Shown here in pieces: positions 9,876 through 19,213 of a stretch of 51,697 nucleotides of DNA. A program made the position numbers and the translations under genes. Below the pieces are notes generated by a model that saw only the letters and a list, made by a program, of their open reading frames with translations, did not search any database and was not told the DNA's origin. Source of the DNA: Phycisphaera mikurensis NBRC 102666 (lineage in GTDB: Bacteria; Planctomycetota; Phycisphaerae; Phycisphaerales; SM1A02); assembly GCA_945890745.1 (NCBI GenBank), contig CAMDCW010000001.1, forward strand, positions 1-51,697, in the 5' to 3' direction. The first letter of the stretch is position 1, and the number at the start of each line of letters is the position of its first letter.

Positions 9876-10727
9876 TCACTGTTCAGTCAGGCGTGAAAGA
9901 AATACGCCCGCCGCGACCCCAACGTTCAGTGAATCAACCCCATTCGCCATGGGAATTTTTACCCGCGCTGTGCACGCTGCAAGGGTGTCATTACATAAGC
10001 CGGTGAATTCCGCACCCATGATCACTGCAATCCTGCGGGGTTGCGCCTGTAAACGCGTCAGTTGCTCAGCCATTTCTCGGAGTGTGTGTTCGCCGCCACC
10101 AGTCGCGCCAAGCAGGGTGAACCCTTGATCGTCGCGAAGGTATTGAAGATCGGCGTTCCATGCATCACTACGCGCGTAAGGCACACGCAACACACAACCA
10201 CAACTCACACGAAGGCTTTTTCGATACAACGGATCGTGGCAGCCAGGTGAGAGAATCACCGCGCTACAGCCAAACGCCGCTGCGTTTCGAAACAACTGAC
10301 CAATGTTGTCAATGTTGTTGATCTCTTCCACCACAAGAAGTAACGCGTCTTGGCCCTGAGCGGGAACGACCTGGCGAACAGTGTGCTGCGTTGGACGCCT
10401 TCCCACGGCAAGAAATCCGCGGTGGATGTTGAAACCAACCGTGGCATCAAGGATGTCATCTGCAACAAGTAGAACCTCGGGGTCAGGCAGGTTGTGCCGA
10501 AACTCGCGCGCTTCATCAACCATCGCCACTGCGCGCTGTGCGTGCCGATCACTGGTCAAGATGCTCAACATATCGACACCAGCGCGCAACATTGCTCCGA
10601 TCACCATTGGGCTCTCGCCGATGAACAAACCTGGCCGACCGTCCGGCCCAAGCGCATCGCGATCGCGTACTTGCTGATACGGGGCAAGATGCGGATGGTT
10701 GGTGTCTGAGATGTGATGAACAGCCAT
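9876..10727 (-). CDS. TrmH/SpoU-family RNA 2'-O-methyltransferase
   Basis: 283 aa. SPOUT motifs are LLVVEEINNIDNIGQLFRNAAAFG, IMGAEFTGL and IPMANGVDSLNVGVAAGVFL. Confidence 0.8.
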   Translation of the reverse strand: MAVHHISDTNHPHLAPYQQVRDRDALGPDGRPGLFIGESPMVIGAMLRAGVDMLSILTSDRHAQRAVAMVDEAREFRHNLPDPEVLLVADDILDATVGFNIHRGFLAVGRRPTQHTVRQVVPAQGQDALLLVVEEINNIDNIGQLFRNAAAFGCSAVILSPGCHDPLYRKSLRVSCGCVLRVPYARSDAWNADLQYLRDDQGFTLLGATGGGEHTLREMAEQLTRLQAQPRRIAVIMGAEFTGLCNDTLAACTARVKIPMANGVDSLNVGVAAGVFLSRLTEQ

Positions 10728-10981
10728 TGGTGGTTTCCTAAACTACGCCAACCGACCGAGGGTGGTCGTTGGCCTCAAACCAGACCATGACAAGGGGACT
10801 GCTGGTACAGGTGCCTGGATAGTGAGCACCCTTGGTCTGAGGGGGCTTTGTTGTTCAATTGCCCAGAAAAACCCGTAAATGACCAGCAGGTCGCAGGGTT
10901 GTGCAACAACTTCCGTTGGGCTCCGCCGTTGTGAGTGGTTGGGCTTGGACCAAAAGGTACATAGAGCGGTACCTTGCCCTG

Positions 10982-11803
10982 ATGACTTGCTTCATAGTGA
11001 TTGCTGCGGTTGCGACGGTGTTAGCCGGAGGCCCGCCAGCGCGTTTAGTTCCACCCGCGCCGCCCGAAGACCTTGCGGCCGTGCTTGCTGCTGATCCATC
11101 AAAGGACGGGGCAATGGCCAAGCGGATGCTTGTGGAGAATGGGGTCCCAGCAGAACTCCGAATGCGCGCTGCTAAGTCACTCGGGGCATCACCAGTTCTG
11201 GTGCTTCTTGACGCGATCGCACAATGTGGTGGTACCTGTGGTGCCACCCGAGATCTTGCTGGCGTATTGGTGTCGCTCGCTGCAGAGGCTGCGAAGGACC
11301 CTGTGGTGCTTGAGCGCCTCACAAAGTGTGCACAAACCCCAGAGGACCCCGCCTACAGCGCCGCACTTCGCACAATTGCTGCGATGCCCACCGAGCAACG
11401 GCCAGAGGCGCTCAGGGGAGTCACCGTGCGACCGGTTGCCATCGGAACCATCCCTGGTGCGATGCAATACGACCTCAAGGAAATCAAAGCAAAGCCAGGT
11501 GAGATCCTGGAAATCACTCTTAAAAACACGGACACCATGCAGCACAACTTGCTGATCGTGATGCCTGGAAAGATGAGTGAAGTTGGTGTCGCCGCAGACA
11601 AGATGGGTGACACACCCGAAGGAAAGGCGTGTCAGTTTGTACCCGACATGCCATCTGTACTGGCTGTCATGGGTTTGATTGATCCAGGCAAGTCTGGATC
11701 GCTCTTCTATGTGGTTCCACAGAAGCCTGGTACTTACCAATATGTCTGCACAGTTCCTGGACACTGGCGGATGATGAATGGCAAACTAAAGGTTGCCCCA
11801 TGA
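10982..11803 (+). CDS. Membrane-anchored protein with a HEAT-like helical region and a C-terminal cupredoxin (azurin/plastocyanin-like) domain
   Basis: The ORF is open from GTG 10901. ATG 10982 gives an N-terminal TM (MTCFIVIAAVATVLAGG). C-terminal type-1 copper ligand pattern: MQHNL ... YVCTVPGHWRMMNG (His, Cys, His, Met). Confidence 0.65.
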   Translation: MTCFIVIAAVATVLAGGPPARLVPPAPPEDLAAVLAADPSKDGAMAKRMLVENGVPAELRMRAAKSLGASPVLVLLDAIAQCGGTCGATRDLAGVLVSLAAEAAKDPVVLERLTKCAQTPEDPAYSAALRTIAAMPTEQRPEALRGVTVRPVAIGTIPGAMQYDLKEIKAKPGEILEITLKNTDTMQHNLLIVMPGKMSEVGVAADKMGDTPEGKACQFVPDMPSVLAVMGLIDPGKSGSLFYVVPQKPGTYQYVCTVPGHWRMMNGKLKVAP

Positions 11804-12804
11804 GTGATCAGGGCGCGCGATCACACCAAGTGTGGGTGCCCGGATCAACCGTGGCAATCTCTGTAGTTACGCCGATGCACAACGAGGAGTCATGTGTTGC
11901 TGAGTTTGTCCGCCGAACCAATGCCGCTCTGTTGGCGATCGGTCGAACGTATGAAATCATCATTGTGAGTGATGGTTCTACTGACTGTACCGAAGCAATG
12001 ATTAGTGACTTGTGCCTGGAATTTCCAGCGCTCCGTGGTGTGTTTCTTGCGCGTAATGGTGGCCAGTGCACTGCGATGTACGCGGGAATTCAAGAAAGTT
12101 GTGGCGATGTGGTGGTGGTGATGGATGGCGACCTTCAACACGCCCCAGAGGAAATCCACCGCTTGGTGGAGGCGATGGATCGCGGTAACGCACTTGTTTC
12201 TGGAAGTCGCCAAGGGCGGACCGAGAGTCTCATGTTGCGCCGTGCGCCGAGCAGATTGGCAAACTGGATGCTGCGCCGTGTCTCTGGATGCAACGTGCGC
12301 GATATGGGTGGCTTCAAAGCCATCCAGGGCGATCTTGCGCGCAGTTTGCGCCTGCGTCCCGGGCACCACCGCCTGCTGCCCGCAATCGTTTGGATGCGCG
12401 GTGGAGCTGTTGAAGAAGTATTTGTCAGTGCGCCGCCGCGATTTGCTGGCCGGAGCCATTATGGAATCGGTCGTTCACTTGATGTCTTGTTTGATGTGTT
12501 GATGTTGTGGTTCCAAGGCGCAACACACAGCCGGCCGATGTACCTCTTTGGACGTATTGGCATGGTGGTCCTGGTTGTTGATGTTGCGGCTGGATCTTGG
12601 CTGTTGTGGCAACGAGTATTTCAAGCAGAACCACTCACCGAACGCCCCATGTTCTTCGTGGTGGTGATGTTGTTCTTTGCAGCACTGTTCATGCTTGCGA
12701 TGGGCTTTGTGCTTGAACTACTGAGCGACGCCGTCAGTGGCATCGGTGGGGTGCGCCCTTATGTGATTCGAAAGTGTGTTACTGGCAAGCCACCGGTTGT
12801 CTAG
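11800..12804 (+). CDS. Family 2 glycosyltransferase (polyprenol-phosphate sugar transferase-like) with C-terminal TM helices
   Basis: The start overlaps the upstream stop (ATGA 11800-11803). Motifs are SVVTPMHNEE, VSDGSTD and the DGDLQH DxD-type block. Two hydrophobic helices lie at the C-terminus. Confidence 0.8.
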   Translation: MSDQGARSHQVWVPGSTVAISVVTPMHNEESCVAEFVRRTNAALLAIGRTYEIIIVSDGSTDCTEAMISDLCLEFPALRGVFLARNGGQCTAMYAGIQESCGDVVVVMDGDLQHAPEEIHRLVEAMDRGNALVSGSRQGRTESLMLRRAPSRLANWMLRRVSGCNVRDMGGFKAIQGDLARSLRLRPGHHRLLPAIVWMRGGAVEEVFVSAPPRFAGRSHYGIGRSLDVLFDVLMLWFQGATHSRPMYLFGRIGMVVLVVDVAAGSWLLWQRVFQAEPLTERPMFFVVVMLFFAALFMLAMGFVLELLSDAVSGIGGVRPYVIRKCVTGKPPVV

Positions 12805-12885
12805 TTATTCGTTCATTGCTGGGCTTGCTATGCCGTTTCCACGCCTCCTGCGCCGCTTGCGCGGCTCCTACACTGCCTTGCCCAC

Positions 12886-13935
12886 ATGAACGCCAACGAT
12901 CATCCTCCTCTGCAGGGTCAACTTCCGCCAGGCGTTTCGCCTGAAGCGGTTGCCCGCACCCTGGCGCGACACCCGCGCCCGCTTGGTGGGGATACAGCGC
13001 GCAATGTGGGGCCAGCACTGGTGAGCCTGACAGGCATGGTGTTAAACAACAACAACACGCCACAGCAAAGCATCATTGGCCGCAAACCAGATTGGTTGCG
13101 CGCGCGTGTTCCGGGCGGCGCTGGCTATGAACGGCTCAAAGGAATCATTAGTGAGCACCGGTTGCACACTGTTTGCCAAGAGGCGAGTTGCCCAAATATG
13201 GGCGAGTGCTGGAGCCGTGGCACAGCAACCATCATGATCTTGGGAGATACATGCACGCGTTCATGTGGCTTCTGTAATGTGAAGACTGGACGTCCAGACG
13301 CTGTTGATACTGATGAGCCGCGGCGGGTTGCCGAGAGTTTGGCTCTCATGAAACTGAAGCATGTAGTGATCACAAGCGTGAATCGTGATGAATTGCCTGA
13401 TGGTGGTGCTGCGATTTGGGCTGAAACAATTCGTGCAGTGCATCGCGCTTGCCCGGGCATGAGTGTTGAGTGTTTGGTTGGTGACTTTCTAGGAGATGAG
13501 CGCGCCATTCAGATGGTGTGCGATGCTCGCCCTGAAATTCTTTCGCACAACATGGAGACGGTGTATCGCATGCACCCAGCGGTGAGGCCACAAGCGAAAT
13601 ATCAACGAAGCCTTGCGGTTTTAGCGCAGTTCAAAGCGAGTGGCTTGGTAACCAAGACCGGGGTAATGGTTGGTATTGGTGAGCGCGATGAAGAGGTGTT
13701 GACGCTCATGGATGACATCCGCACTGCGAGCAAGGCGGACATCCTGACGATTGGTCAATACTTACAACCAACGCGCAATCACCTGCCAATTGACCGTTGG
13801 GTTCACCCCGACCAGTTTGCAATGTTTAAGCGTGAGGCTTTGCTGCGTGGCTTCTCTGTGTGTGAGAGTGGACCACTGGTTCGCTCGAGTTACCACGCTG
13901 AAGAGCAAGCCGACCAACTCAGCCGGGTGGTGTGA
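12886..13935 (+). CDS. lipA: Lipoyl synthase
   Basis: Motifs are CPNMGECW and the radical-SAM CTRSCGFC, plus KPDWLRARVPGG upstream. The ATG at 12886 adds ~50 non-conserved residues, so ATG 13036 (MVLNNNNTPQQ) is an alternative start. Confidence 0.9.
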   Translation: MNANDHPPLQGQLPPGVSPEAVARTLARHPRPLGGDTARNVGPALVSLTGMVLNNNNTPQQSIIGRKPDWLRARVPGGAGYERLKGIISEHRLHTVCQEASCPNMGECWSRGTATIMILGDTCTRSCGFCNVKTGRPDAVDTDEPRRVAESLALMKLKHVVITSVNRDELPDGGAAIWAETIRAVHRACPGMSVECLVGDFLGDERAIQMVCDARPEILSHNMETVYRMHPAVRPQAKYQRSLAVLAQFKASGLVTKTGVMVGIGERDEEVLTLMDDIRTASKADILTIGQYLQPTRNHLPIDRWVHPDQFAMFKREALLRGFSVCESGPLVRSSYHAEEQADQLSRVV

Positions 13936-13942
13936 GTGAAAC

Positions 13943-14311
13943 TTAGATGAAGCGGAGACCTGCTTCGTGGTGGGTTGTGTTTCCTTGGGTGTCACGAATG
14001 CTTCGTGACCAAACCACCATGACTGTGCGTTCAATCTGTTCGTCACAAGATTTGGCTGTCATGGCAACGCCAGTCATCCCTTCGGGGAGTGGCGTATTGG
14101 TGCGCAACCGCGCGCCTGTGTTGCTTAGGTCTAAAGTCTCATACCGACACATGTCGGCCGGGTCATGATGCCAGAACATCACAAACTCGCTTAAATTGTT
14201 GCGCCGATCCATATCTCGACGCTCGATTGATTCCAAGAAAGCGCTGTCGTGGCGGACATGTGGGCGATGGCGTGGATTGTCCATACGGAGAGTCTCCTTT
14301 TGAAATCGCAC
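13943..14311 (-). CDS. PilZ-domain protein (putative c-di-GMP receptor)
   Basis: 122 aa. It has an RxxxR motif (RRDMDRR) followed ~25 aa later by D-x-S-x-x-G (LDLSNTGARL). Confidence 0.6.
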   Translation of the reverse strand: MRFQKETLRMDNPRHRPHVRHDSAFLESIERRDMDRRNNLSEFVMFWHHDPADMCRYETLDLSNTGARLRTNTPLPEGMTGVAMTAKSCDEQIERTVMVVWSRSIRDTQGNTTHHEAGLRFI

Positions 14312-14460
14312 TTGTTCAAAGGTTCAACGGGACAAACTGAAGAATTGTTCGGTCTGTGCCGGCTGGAATGTCTCAAAACCACCCGCATCTCAATGGTTCG
14401 GGGTGCTAAATGTGCTGGCGGGGCGTAGAGACCACCAAATTAGCCCTAGGATGCCCCCTT

Positions 14461-15699
14461 ATGGCTTTTGAATTTCGGCACACAGTGCTCGACAATGGTT
14501 TGACGGTAATTGCTGAAACCAGCCCCGAGTCGCACACCGCGGCGGTGGGGTTCTTTGTGAAAACTGGCGCCCGTGATGAGCCGCGGGAGCTGATGGGTGT
14601 CAGCCACTTCCTTGAGCACATGGTGTTCAAGGGGACTGAGCGCCGGACCGCCGACGATGTCAATCGTGATTTCGACCGTATTGGTTCCAGTCACAATGCT
14701 TTCACCACTGGGGAGTTGACGGCGTTTCACGCCCATGTCCTTCCCGAGAAACTGATGGATGCCACTGCCATCATTGCGGACATCCTCCGTCCGGCACTGC
14801 GACAGGCTGACTTTGATGAAGAGAAGGGCGTGATCCTTGAAGAGATCGCCATGTATGACGACAACCCGTTTTGGCGACTGTGGGAACACGCTAACGAGCG
14901 ATTCTTTGGTGCACACCCCCTTGGACATCGTGTGCTTGGAACCCGTGAAACAGTGGCTGCGCTTACGCGCGAGCAAATGCAGTCGTATTTCGATCGTCGC
15001 TACTGTGCGTCAAACACAGTGGTGTGTGCAGCTGGTGCCCTGGACTTTGACAAGTTGGTCGAACAGGTCCAGGCGTGCTGTGGATCATGGCAACGCGGTG
15101 AGGTTTCCCGAAGCCATCCGCCGTTCCACACCCACGAAGAGCGTGTGATGGTTCCGATGAAACAGGCGAATCGGGCTTACTTGGCTTGGCTTTGCCCAGC
15201 CCCTTCAGTGCAAGATCCGCGCCGGTACGCCGCGGCAATGTTGGCGCAAATCCTTGGTGATTCTGAGGGTTCGCGCTTGTATTGGGCGTTGGTAGAAACT
15301 GGAATTGCCGAAGAGGCGCAGGCGCAGTTTGATGGCCATGACGGTATTGGTGAATACGTGGTTTATGTGGCGTGCAGCCCTGACAACGTCGCACGGGTTG
15401 ATGAAATCGTTCGAACCGAACTTGAGCGCGTGTGCACAGCAATCTCTAAGAAAGAACTAGCCAATGCGCGCGCAAAGATCGCGACTGCTGTGGCAATTGC
15501 TGGTGAGCGACCTGATGGTCGCATGCGCCGGCTGGGTTCCGTGTGGTTGTATCGAGGCGCCTACGCATCATTGGAAGAAGAACTAGCGCAGATTGAGAGT
15601 TTGACAGTTGAAGATCTGCTGTCAGTAGCGCGCGACTTCCCACTACGTCCGACATTGCGAGCACAGGTTGTTCCAGAGACGGCTATTTGTTCAGCTTGA
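14461..15699 (+). CDS. M16-family (pitrilysin/insulinase-like) zinc peptidase
   Basis: The ORF is open from 14410. ATG 14461 (MAFEFRHTVLDNGL) fits the usual family N-terminus. Inverted zincin motif HFLEHMVFKG (HxxEH). Confidence 0.85.
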   Translation: MAFEFRHTVLDNGLTVIAETSPESHTAAVGFFVKTGARDEPRELMGVSHFLEHMVFKGTERRTADDVNRDFDRIGSSHNAFTTGELTAFHAHVLPEKLMDATAIIADILRPALRQADFDEEKGVILEEIAMYDDNPFWRLWEHANERFFGAHPLGHRVLGTRETVAALTREQMQSYFDRRYCASNTVVCAAGALDFDKLVEQVQACCGSWQRGEVSRSHPPFHTHEERVMVPMKQANRAYLAWLCPAPSVQDPRRYAAAMLAQILGDSEGSRLYWALVETGIAEEAQAQFDGHDGIGEYVVYVACSPDNVARVDEIVRTELERVCTAISKKELANARAKIATAVAIAGERPDGRMRRLGSVWLYRGAYASLEEELAQIESLTVEDLLSVARDFPLRPTLRAQVVPETAICSA

Positions 15700-16431
15700 T
15701 GCTTTACTAAAGACCGCCCGCATGGTGGCTGGTTCGGTTCCAAGGATGTGGCACGTGTACGCGGCGAGCAACCGATTGGCGCGATCAATAGTCACTGACG
15801 GTGTGTGATGTTCGGGGAATGCACCAATAGTCGATAAACACTCGAGCGTGGTGCGGCGGACTTTCCACCGTGGTCCATCGGTGGTTTCGCCAGGTTGGAG
15901 TACACCACCCGAAGCGGGTGCAAACTCCAACACGTCGCCAGTGTTGCTGCTGGTTAGTGTTGGTTTGTAGCCTGTTTCGCTCAACAAAACCCATTGAAAC
16001 ACCAACAGTGAGCCAGCGCCGTCGGGTGGTGGTTCTTCGGGTGATCGAGCTGCGCCGATAGTCCTGAGAGACTCAACAAAGCAATCAAACAATAATGGGT
16101 GGGGATCTTCTGGTTGCAGCATCCTGCCCACAAGATCCGCCATATAGAACGCTGTTTGATTGGCTATGAGATCTGTACGTAAGCGCGGGAACACCTCCAA
16201 GAGGTCCCACTCGGTCAGTATTGCCAAATCTCGATTTGGTTTGATGATGGCACCAAACTCACCCCGCGACAATAGGTCGACTCCGCCGTCAAATGCACCA
16301 CGCTCCCGGCGCGCCCCTTTTGCAAGGCCTCGAACAACACCAAGCGATCGCCCGAACAAACTGACTGTTTGGCTTGTTTCACTGAAATCCCATTGGCGAA
16401 TACACACACCTTGATCGTGCATGGTGCCCAT
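15691..16431 (-). CDS. recO: DNA repair protein RecO
   Basis: 246 aa. The N-terminal OB-fold region (CIRQWDFSETSQTVSLFGRSLGVVRGLAKGARR) matches the RecO pattern. The gene lies 4 nt downstream of the RR-GGDEF gene. Confidence 0.7.
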   Translation of the reverse strand: MGTMHDQGVCIRQWDFSETSQTVSLFGRSLGVVRGLAKGARRERGAFDGGVDLLSRGEFGAIIKPNRDLAILTEWDLLEVFPRLRTDLIANQTAFYMADLVGRMLQPEDPHPLLFDCFVESLRTIGAARSPEEPPPDGAGSLLVFQWVLLSETGYKPTLTSSNTGDVLEFAPASGGVLQPGETTDGPRWKVRRTTLECLSTIGAFPEHHTPSVTIDRANRLLAAYTCHILGTEPATMRAVFSKASS

Positions 16432-16435
16432 TGCG

Positions 16436-17404
16436 TTAACCCGGAAGATGCATGGCCACTGCCGCTTCTACTCGATTACGCCCATTGACCTTTGCTCGAT
16501 ATAGCGCTGCATCTGCGGTGGAAATGAAGTCTTCTATGGTGGGGGTGCCAGGAAGTACAAAGACGTCCGCAACACCAAAACTGGCGGTGATCACCATTCC
16601 TGGCACACTTGGCCAAATCTCTTGTTCGATCGCCCGCCGGTATCGATCCGCTACCTCAATAGCCTCTGAACCGACGGTATTTGGAAGAATGATGCCGAAC
16701 TCTTCGCCACCATAACGGCAGGCAATATCACTGCCGCGCCCGGTTTGAAGAATTCGCGAGAGTCGCTCCAGCACCTTGTCACCAAACGGGTGGCCGCGCT
16801 CGTCGTTGAGTTTCTTGAATCCATCCACGTCACACATCACCAGCGACAAAGAGCGGTTGTGGCGTATGGCCTCGCCCACCTCTTGTGTGAGGCGTCGATC
16901 AAAGTAGGTTCGGTTCCAAAGCCCCGTGAGGCCATCGACTTGCGCCTTTTGTGCCAACATCTTTACCAGGTGTTGCACACGAAGTGCGCTGCGAACACGT
17001 GCTTGCAACTCCACGATTTCGAATGGTTTAGCGACAAAGTCACTGGCGCCCATATCAAGTGCGCGCACCCGTTCTTCCATCGTTGCGGTGGCTGAAATGA
17101 AGATCACCGATACCTCTTGGAGGTCTGGGTCTGCCTTAAACACCTGCAGCACGCCAAATCCATCCATGCCTTGATTCTTCAGATCAAGTTCTATGTCAAG
17201 AAGTACGACATCTGGGCGCAATTCACGCGCCATCTTGATGCCTACATCGGCGCTCGTAGCGCCGAACAGTTGAATCTGTTCGTGTTGCAGTCGGACCTGA
17301 AGCAACCGGTGAATCAACACCGAATCGTCGATCGCAAGAACTTTTGGAAGGGTTAAGGGCAACGCGGTCATAAAGGAATCATCACAATCGTAGTTGCTCG
17401 ACAC
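16436..17404 (-). CDS. Response regulator receiver + GGDEF diguanylate cyclase (PleD/WspR-like)
   Basis: Receiver blocks are VLAIDDS, DVVLLDIELD and VAKPF. The GGDEF domain has RYGGEEFGIIL and the substrate-binding block MCDVDGFKKLND. ATG 17371 (MTALPL..) is an alternative start. Confidence 0.85.
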   Translation of the reverse strand: MSSNYDCDDSFMTALPLTLPKVLAIDDSVLIHRLLQVRLQHEQIQLFGATSADVGIKMARELRPDVVLLDIELDLKNQGMDGFGVLQVFKADPDLQEVSVIFISATATMEERVRALDMGASDFVAKPFEIVELQARVRSALRVQHLVKMLAQKAQVDGLTGLWNRTYFDRRLTQEVGEAIRHNRSLSLVMCDVDGFKKLNDERGHPFGDKVLERLSRILQTGRGSDIACRYGGEEFGIILPNTVGSEAIEVADRYRRAIEQEIWPSVPGMVITASFGVADVFVLPGTPTIEDFISTADAALYRAKVNGRNRVEAAVAMHLPG

Positions 17405-17438
17405 TTATTGAACAGGTGCACATCACATCTGCTGTTCA

Positions 17439-17768
17439 TCAAGGTCGAATCCGAGCTGCTATCGCCGCCAGCATCCCCACGCGGCTACGGATGACATTGT
17501 CATCATTGCCCGCCCTCACTGCCTGATCAACCAGAGCGGCAGCTTCTCCTAATTTAGGGAACCCATAACCCCCAGCGGCCCCTTTGAGTTGGTGCGCCAA
17601 CATACGAAGTTGATCATGATCTGCCGCGGCAATTGCCACATGCATGGCTGCTAAGCGCTGTGGTAGCTCATGAATGAACAACGCAACAATCCCGACCATA
17701 TCGGGATCGTCGGCAAACTCACTGCGAAGCGTCGTTTGATCGTTGGATAGACGCATATTGGTCGACAC
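17439..17768 (-). CDS. Hpt (histidine phosphotransfer) domain protein
   Basis: 109 aa, helical, with the phosphorylatable-His motif HQLKGAAGGYG. It lies directly upstream of the RR-GGDEF gene. Confidence 0.7.
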   Translation of the reverse strand: MSTNMRLSNDQTTLRSEFADDPDMVGIVALFIHELPQRLAAMHVAIAAADHDQLRMLAHQLKGAAGGYGFPKLGEAAALVDQAVRAGNDDNVIRSRVGMLAAIAARIRP

Positions 17769-17932
17769 TCATTCTTAATTTCAATTTCGCCAGTCCAACC
17801 AGGAGTTTGTGAGATTAGACAAATTTTACATATTGGGCTTCATCGTCAAAGAAATCGGACCAATACTCCTTAGACTTCACGGTTCGCACTTTCACCCCGC
17901 CGCGCGAAAGCGCTGCGAGAGGAGATTCCCGC

Positions 17933-18961
17933 ATGATTCCGCGTATGCCTCCACAGGAGGCTCGACTTGGCTTTGTCTACTCCGCTCCATTTCGCATCCA
18001 AGGCGTCTCTGTCGCCGGGGAGCAGGCGGTTGTTCATGTGCCCGAGCTGGACCTGGTGTTTGATATTGGACTATGCCCCCGGCCGGTGTTGGCCTCGCCG
18101 ATTGTGGCCTTGAGTCACACACACATGGACCATGTCGCTGGCTTGCCTTACTGGTTTAGCCAACGGGCGTTCCAAAAGATGCCTGGCACAGCGCGGTGCT
18201 TGGTGCATCCAAAGATGGTGGAGCCAGTTCGAAGGATGATGGCTGCATGGGTTGATCTTGAACGGCAGCAAACGCCTCACGAGATCATTCCCATCGAACC
18301 AGATTCTGAATATCAATTGCGCCCCAATATGTTTATCCGCGCTATTGAGGTGAGTCACACCACCCCGGCGTTGGCGTTTGTGGTGATTGAGCGCAGAAGC
18401 AAACTGCGTGACGAATTCCATGGTGTTTCTCAAGAGCGTCTGCGTGAATTGCGTGGTCAAGGGGTTGAAATCACCAAGACCATCGAGATTCCATTGGTTG
18501 CCTACACGGGCGATACTGAAATTGGTGAATTCCTGTTTCGCGAGGAGTTCCGTCAGGCACAAGTGGTGATCACTGAATGCACCTTCTTTGAGGATGAACA
18601 TCGCGATCGCGCCAAGGTGGGCAAACACATCCATGTTGAAGATTTGCGGCCACTGCTGGAAGCGTGGACTGCGCGTGACATCATCATTGGTCATGTTTCA
18701 CGGCGCACATTGATCCCGTTCGCACGCGAACGCATTGAGGCCATCGCTGGACCAGATCGAGCAAAGAGCGTGCACTTGTTGATGGACCACCGATCAAATC
18801 GCACCCGCCATGAAAATCAAGTAGCTGCGTTTGAAAATAGTGCGGGAATTTTGAAGGGACAAAAAGGTGAATTATCAAGCGGAACTCCAGGTGGTTCTGC
18901 TCTTGACATGCCAACCTCAACCTCAGAAATGACTGTTGATGGAATTGACGGGCATTTGTGA
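17933..18961 (+). CDS. Metallo-beta-lactamase-fold hydrolase (RNase Z/ribonuclease BN-like)
   Basis: 342 aa. HxHxDH motif HTHMDHVAG, with later His/Asp blocks (EVSHTTP, AYTGDT, IIGHVS). Confidence 0.7.
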   Translation: MIPRMPPQEARLGFVYSAPFRIQGVSVAGEQAVVHVPELDLVFDIGLCPRPVLASPIVALSHTHMDHVAGLPYWFSQRAFQKMPGTARCLVHPKMVEPVRRMMAAWVDLERQQTPHEIIPIEPDSEYQLRPNMFIRAIEVSHTTPALAFVVIERRSKLRDEFHGVSQERLRELRGQGVEITKTIEIPLVAYTGDTEIGEFLFREEFRQAQVVITECTFFEDEHRDRAKVGKHIHVEDLRPLLEAWTARDIIIGHVSRRTLIPFARERIEAIAGPDRAKSVHLLMDHRSNRTRHENQVAAFENSAGILKGQKGELSSGTPGGSALDMPTSTSEMTVDGIDGHL

Positions 18962-19213
18962 TTGGGCGTGATTGACGGTCGCGCATTTGTGCTCTACAGT
19001 CCCGATGCTTAAAAGCGCGGCGTGGTGGGCAATCTCTCCGCGCGCAACAATATGGTGTTGGTTGACTCTTGATTCATGTGAGATTGTTGCGTTTGCGCGC
19101 ACACCGATCATGAATACGGGGTTTGGTTTGAAACTTCGCGTTGCACCGTCATGGTGTCAACGAGTTATGTACGCGCCTTTGTGTGTGGTGCTTCTTTGGG
19201 AGATTGACTAGTC

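Noticed and set aside
10781-10839. Imperfect hairpin (CAGACC...AAGGG / CCCTT GGTCTG, 6+5 bp with a 5-nt bulge) in the divergent spacer between the SpoU and cupredoxin genes
   Set aside because: The stem is short and interrupted. It is not followed by a U-tract, and no gene ends here. It does not resemble any riboswitch or sRNA class I can recognise.
18972-19000. Sigma-70-like promoter upstream of dnaA (TTGACG, 17-nt spacer, TACAGT)
   Set aside because: It is a single match to an E. coli-type consensus, and the promoter rules of this lineage are unknown to me. It is not reported as a feature but is worth checking with 5'-end mapping.
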